The position numbers and the translations under genes were made by a program. Below the pieces are notes generated by a model that worked only from the letters and a program-made list of their open reading frames with translations, had not been told where the DNA came from and made no database searches. 64,000 nucleotides of DNA from contig OZ024740.1 in assembly GCA_964016885.1 (NCBI GenBank), positions 437,038,001 to 437,102,000 on the forward strand, written 5' to 3'. This DNA comes from Eledone cirrhosa. Its lineage: Eukaryota. Below are positions 57,767 through 64,000 of the stretch, piece after piece. How positions within the stretch are numbered: the first letter of the stretch is position 1; every line of letters starts with the position of its first letter.

Positions 57767-59059
57767 GACTGTCCAAATAAATGTGGTGGTATTTATATCT
57801 TTTCAGGTGGTAGGAGAGGGTGGGGAGTGGGATGGGTGGAAGTCATTGGTTGAAAGAAAAGGGAATTCATTAAAAGATAATTCTTTAAGGCTATAATTTA
57901 TATTTAGAGTGACAAAGGCAAAAAGAATTCTATAAACAAGTTCAGAATGGGGTGCCACTACTTATTTTTAAGTTTCTCTTAAGCCAACGATCCCTATATT
58001 TCAGGTGTCTATAAGATGGTTGAGGGTCAGTCATGGTTGATGAGTTTAAAGAAAAGGGAAATTCTTTAAAAGCTAATTCTTTAAAGCTCACTTAGAGTGA
58101 TAAAGGCAGAGAGAATTCTATAAACAAGTTCAAATATTGGGTGCCTGTCCTTATTGTCATGTTTCTCTTAAAATAAACATATGAAACAATCACAGGGAAT
58201 AATTTGTAAACGTGTGTAACCACACATAGCCAGGTAGGTAACTAATTAAAAAACCTTATAAATTGATTAATTTTCATATGTTTATTTTAGATATAGATAT
58301 ATATGTCGATCAATTTCTAGTTGATATAAAATGCTCGGATCTATTCATTGGAATCTTGGAGCGTATTCTACAGTGGATATGGCGCATGTCTCTCTGACAT
58401 GGCACCCATAACTTAATTTTGGATATATACACGGCCTCTTAATTGTAGAGCTAACTCAGTTGAAAGGACTCGGCTGCTATTTCTAGTTGTCGATAACCCT
58501 ATTCACGCCACTGGGATGAAGCTGGTACGATGTGTGTATTTTTTAAAAATGCAACACGTGCTGCTAGTCATTCGCAGATTTGAATTTGCTGTGTAAACAC
58601 AGATAGTTAGATCTTCTCCTTGTTGAAAATCCGAGATTTGGCTACTGTGGTTTACCGATCGATTAATGGTGAAATATATTTCTTTAATGAAATATATACA
58701 AGGAAGATTAATCAATTTATAAGGTATCTATTTTTGAAGTTCTAGTTAAACTTTAATTAGTTACCTACCTGGTTGTGTGTGCTTACACACTTTTACAAAT
58801 TATTCCCTGTGATTGTTTCATATGTTTATTTTAGATTTATATATATATGTCGATCAATTTCTAGTTGATATATATATATATATATATATATAATGTACAT
58901 ATATATATGTGTGTGTGTGTGTGTGAGTGTGTGTGTGTGGGGGGGGGGTTCAATCGGAGGTAGTAAGGTACTCAATACATTTAAAAAAATAGGATCGATC
59001 GACTTTCGTCAAATCGGACCGAGGCGACAATGTTTCCGTTAGTCTTTCCAGTTGCTAGT

Positions 59060-59207
59060 ACTATCTATCGGTCACAACTCCAGGTAGAAGGAGCAACGTG
59101 AAATAAAGTGTCTTGCTCAAGGACATAACGCATCGCCCGGTCCAGAAATCGAACCCACAACCTCACGATTGTGGATCCAATTCTCTAACCACTCAGCCAC
59201 ACGCCTT
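59060..59207 (-). mobile_element. tRNA-derived SINE 5' part (second SINE family)
   Basis: Minus strand ggcgtgtggctgagtggttag (A box)..ggttcgatttct (B box)..ccttgagcaagacact. Confidence 0.75.
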
Positions 59208-59732
59208 CAATACATTAGTAGATATTTTAAACACCTTTTTATGCGTGTGTGCGTGTGTGTATACATACACACACACACAGCAGTGACTTCAGAAACATTG
59301 GGAAATGTGGAGATTTGAAACGTGAGCGTCCCAACAAAAATAGCCATAATAACTGTATATCAATATAAATAATAGTTGTGAAAATCGGCGAAAAGGGTTA
59401 GAGAGGCACTAGAGAGAAATTGGATCCCGCATCTCTAGGATTCCGGTGAGTGCATTAACCACTACTCTAAACAACCGTTAGTCACCAACTTCGTCTAAAA
59501 GTTTAAGCCTGTAGCTAGAAGTGAAAACAAAGTGTTCAACGTTAGATTGGGGGATATTGATATGTGGACGTCGCAACGAAAATGACTATAATAATAGCCA
59601 TGCACTATCTATCTACAGGCTTAAATATCTTCTAAAAAGAGGGAATTTTAGCAGCGAAGTAGATAACACACTCGGATGTGGGGGTTCGATTCCTCGCAGA
59701 CACATCTCTACACGAATATATTATATTATATA

Positions 59733-60804
59733 CTAACAGCAGTACCCAGCGTTGCCTGGGTAGGTAAAATAATATCTACTTTGATGAAAAGGTGTTGATC
59801 ATAGCGACTGCTTCTCGATGACTCATCTATGGCCACACACAGGCCATGTGGGGGAGGGTGGTGATGACCTCTATCACTGAGAAACGCGGGTGACTGACGA
59901 AGGGGCATGCTGAGGGAGGTAATGACCTCTAACACTAAGCCAAATTTCCTCACGCTACTTGATTGGAAACCGATGAATTCTCAAATACACAACTAAAAGC
60001 TCAGACGACGTCAGTGGCCATCATTTTGCCTTTGACCATGTATAAGATGTGCAATGATAGGTTCTAACGTAGTATAAAAGTTGAACCAAATAAATTGATT
60101 TGTGTGTGAGGTGGAGCCGAAGTTTCGAATTTGAACGAAATCGGTTGAAAAATGTGGGAGCTAATGATAGGTTCTATCGTAATATAAAAGTTGAACCAAA
60201 TAAATTGATTTATGTGTGAGGTGGAGCCGAAAAGGCGGAAATTTGAGCGAAAAGGTGGTATTTTCGAATATTAAAGCGGCTGCCACGCCGTTCCTGAATA
60301 AAGACTCCAAAATATAAAGCCACGTTAAGACGTGAAATAATCAGATCTAGCGTAGTGTAAAATTTGAACAAAGTAGGTTGAATAATGTGGGAGCTAGAGC
60401 CGAAAAAGTGGAAATTGTGTCTAAAAGTGATATTTTTGATTATTTAAGCTGCTGCCACGCCGTTCCTAAACAACAAATGCAAAATATAAAGCCATTACAG
60501 GATGTGCAATGATAAATTCTATTTTGCTTTAAAATTTGAACGAAACGGTGGCAAAATGTGGGAGCTACAGCCAAAAATCTTATTTTTCGATACCTAAAAA
60601 AAGGTGACCACCCTATCGATTTTTATCTGCAGAATGACCCCGGAATAAAAAAAAAACCATACGCTGATATATAGAAATCATACCCCGATGACTAATCTAT
60701 GAGGCTGTAAAGTTTCATGAAAATTGGTCGTAAGATGTAGGCCCCTATAGGTAATACACAGACACACAGACACACACACATACTTAATTTTATATATATA
60801 CAGA
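59733..60804 (-). mobile_element. Non-autonomous Helitron
   Basis: Minus strand 5' A|TCtgtatatatataaaa; 3' hairpin acccaggcaacgctgggt then TTAG|T; internal repeats aaatttgaacgaaa..aatgtgggagcta. Confidence 0.75.
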
Positions 60805-60920
60805 TATATATATATATATACAATTAAGTTAAATGTACATTTTTAACTTAATTGTTTAAGCGTCAGTCATACAAAAGTGAGTTACAAACGAAACGAAATT
60901 TAATTTCGTTTCGTTATTTG

Positions 60921-60984
<64 letters not shown>

Positions 60985-61107
60985 TACTCACTCACTCTCT
61001 CTACCATCATATATATATATATATATAAGTTTATTCTGGGTTCACTCGGGGGTAACCACAGTAAGGTACTCAATACATAGCAGAGTATAAATATTTAATA
61101 TAGAAAT

Positions 61108-61159
61108 GGCTTCTACAGGACTAGAACTGTTTCATTCGGGAGAAATCATCAGGAAAGCC
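61108..61159 (-). ncRNA. Family-B hammerhead
   Basis: ggctttc CTGATGA tttc-tccc-gaat GAAA cag-ttctagtc-ctg TA gaagcc. Confidence 0.8.
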
Positions 61160-61297
61160 GACTGTCAATGTAATATGGTGGTATTTATACATTTTCTGGT
61201 GGTAGGAGAGGGTGGTGATTGGGACGGGTGGAGGTTATTGGTTGATGGATTTAAAGAAAGGAGATTCTTTAAAAACTATATTTAGAGAAAATACATA

Positions 61298-61484
61298 ATT
61301 GTTTCTACGTTAGGCACAAGGCCAGCAATTACCCAGTGCATTACTGGTTCTTTATTTTATCGACTCCGTAAGGATGAAAGGCAAAGTCAACCACGGCGGG
61401 ATTTGAACTCAGATCGTAAAGGGACGTAACTATGCTGGAAAGCATGGCGTCCGACCCTCTACCGATACTGCCAATCCACCGCCA
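61298..61484 (-). mobile_element. tRNA-derived SINE (OR-type-like), complete
   Basis: Reverse complement of the 44080-44270 unit. Confidence 0.85.
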
Positions 61485-61532
61485 CATAATGATACAAAGG
61501 CAGAAGTAAATTCACACTAAGTACCTATAGAC

Positions 61533-63988
61533 CAGGGCTCACTAAACTTCTTTCACAGTGGGCCGGATAACTGAAAGAATGACGAGCGCGGGCCCGCATA
61601 ATCATTCTGTTCAATACTTGCAAGCCAGAACGAAAGCTCTGGGAAAAAAGACGAAACACTACGTTTAGCATTTCATGTTAATCATGGGTGAGTGGCGTGC
61701 AATGCACAAAAAACAAAGACAACCAACATATTTATTTACTAGAAAGTTATCAAAGAAGGCGACGTTAGCAAAAATATAGTTACATCAGACCTAGTGTGCA
61801 CATATCTGAATCTTACAAACTAAGCAGCAAAAAAGGTTAGTGAGATTTGTGAAACTGACGTTTGGCTTTCAAGATATCATCAATGTTTGGTTTGGAATTG
61901 CTGCATCCAATCAAGAGCATTGCTTTCAAATGTTCATCAGTCAATCTCGTTCGATGTGTTGACTTCACATACTTCATTTTTGAAAATGTTTGCTCAGACA
62001 TAAGTTGTTCCAAACAATGATGCCATACCAGCGGCAAATGTCTTCAATTTCGGAAACTCAACATCAGGTAAGAAGCGGTAAAATTCAACAAGTTTTCCTT
62101 CTCTGTGCTTCTCTTTCAACAAGTCATTTGCTTGCAAATCAATGAGCTCCAACTGTAGTTCAACTGGCACATCATCAGGTTACAATGAGACGGATTCTAG
62201 AACAGAAGAATATCACTCTCAATTCTGTCGAGATCTGAAAATCTCTCCAAAAAATGCTTCTTCAAGTCACGAATAATCTTTTTAGGAAAATCGAGGTTGA
62301 CATCTTCAGCAATTGTAACGCAAAACTCTTTGAAACAGTGAAAATGAGAGAAGTTTTCTCCTTCCAGTTGTGTTTCAAACAATGACAGCTTTCTCCGAAA
62401 TCCTTTGATGATTCTGTAGAGATCACAGACGAGGTTATCCTTTCCCTGAAGTTTCAAGCTCAGTTCATTCATGTGGGATGTGATGTCGACCAAAAATGAC
62501 AACTTTGACAGCCAGGTAGGATCTAACAGCTGTGGATCAGCTCTATCTTTTTCAGTGATAAAAACATCTATTTCGTTTCGGAGCTTTTAAAAACGAAAGA
62601 TGACTTTACCGCAGCTGAGCCACCTCACTGCTGTGTGATAAGGCAAGTCACAGAAATCAGAATCAATTTCTTCAAGAAAAGCCTGGAACTGACGGTGATT
62701 GAGTACATGTCTCCGAATGAAGTTCACAGCAGAAACGACTGGTTTCAGTACACAAGAAATATCCAAGTCTTTCCCACAGAGTGCTTGCTGGTGTATGATG
62801 CAGTGTATGAACAGAGCGCCCGGAATTTTCAAATCTTCCAACTGAGTCCTGATCTGCCCGACCAGACCCTTCCTCACTCCAGCCATGTTTTTTCCTCCAT
62901 CAACTGTAACACCTCGAAGCTGATTCCACTGAAGGTAGGATCTGACAGCTGTGGATCAGCTCTATCTTTTTCAGTGAGAAAAACATCTATTTCGTTTCGG
63001 AGCTTGTAAAAACGAAACAGGACTTTACCGTAGCTGAGCCACCTCACTTGCTGTGTGATAAGGCAAGTCACAGAAATCAGAATCAATTTCTTCAAGAAAA
63101 GCCTGGAACTGACGGTGATTGAGTGCATGCCCTCGAATGAAGTTCACAGCAAAGTTTTCTGCACTTCCATGAAAATGTCTTTTCCAGTTATTGTTCCATG
63201 CATGCAGCAAATGGATGCCAACTCTTCCGTTATCTGAAAGTCCAAATTGACACCACGAATGAACACGAGAAGTTGTGACGTACTCGAGAGATCAGTAGAC
63301 TCATCCAGCGCCAGAGAATACCACAACAAGTTCCTAGCTTTCTCGCGTATCTGTAGCACTATGTTCTCTCCAAGTTCTTCTGTTCTCCGCACAACTGAAC
63401 TTGCCGAAAGGCTGATACTTCCAAACAAATCGGCTTTCTCAGGACACAAGTCTTGCTGCTTCCATCATACACTCTTTGATGAAGTTGCCATCAGTAAACG
63501 GTTTTCCTCGCTCTGCCAACTTATGCACTATTTTGTAACTTGTACGAGTGACAGATTCATTTTCAGCAAACTTTCTCGTGAAAAGATTTCTTTGAGTTTC
63601 TAAACCACGTTTCATTGACTCATATTTCTCAGAGCGTAACTTTCCAGAAAACTTTGAATATGTTGATAGATGTTTTGTTTCATAGTGACGCCGAAGATTG
63701 TACTTTCAAAACGGCAACACTTTCGCTGCATACCACGCAACTAGCTTTCTGGTCCTTTGTTTCCACAAAGAAGTACTTTACTCCCCATTCTTCATTGAAA
63801 ACGCGACACTCGGCGTCCACTTTTCTTTTCTTAGTAGCCATAATAAAGGGTGAAGAAAACGGGATCTGAAAATGAAAAAGACATTGAATTAGAAACATCT
63901 CGTGTTCCATCCGTTTTATCACGCAAATGCAAGTACCGTGGGCGGGCCTGATGAACTGACGTCGCGGGCCGTAGTTTGGTGACCGCTG
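61533..63988 (-). mobile_element. hAT DNA transposon (SPIN/Charlie, GTF2IRD2-like transposase), decayed
   Basis: TIRs cagggctcactaaact / agtttggtgaccgctg; imperfect 8-bp TSD ctatagac / ctttaaac; motifs SLALDESTD, IHCIIHQQAL, VRWLS, EQTFSKM; frameshifts and an internal duplication. Confidence 0.92.
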
Positions 63989-64000
63989 CTTTAAACAAAC

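Noticed and set aside
59400-59710. tRNA-like fragments at both ends of a short region
   Set aside because: Only partial A/B boxes; cannot define an element or a cloverleaf

Overview
Eukaryotic, gene-free, transposon-dense window. The (TA)n/(CA)n load and SINE types suggest an octopus or other cephalopod (inference). No host protein-coding gene is supported, and most ORF-track entries are microsatellite read-throughs. Content: (i) many Penelope-like elements (PLEs, RT + GIY-YIG) of at least three lineages, nearly all inserted in (TA)n and often with inverted 5' ends; (ii) one apparently intact 1044-aa RTE-clade LINE; (iii) a decayed hAT (SPIN/Charlie-like) transposon, two non-autonomous Helitrons and tRNA-derived SINEs. 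The main hidden signal, read by eye, is about 20 type-I hammerhead ribozyme (HHR) motifs from about 10 sequence families. They show palindromic stem III, compensatory stem changes, a U3-A8 core variant and a recurrent stem-II pyrimidine mismatch. Several lie in short non-coding units that are tandem or terminally redundant (about 515, 539 and 690 bp), which looks like a retrozyme/circRNA-type population mobilised by PLEs. A 259-bp unit with the same architecture carries a tRNA-like cloverleaf instead of a recognisable HHR. All folds were paired manually and none was computed or tested.
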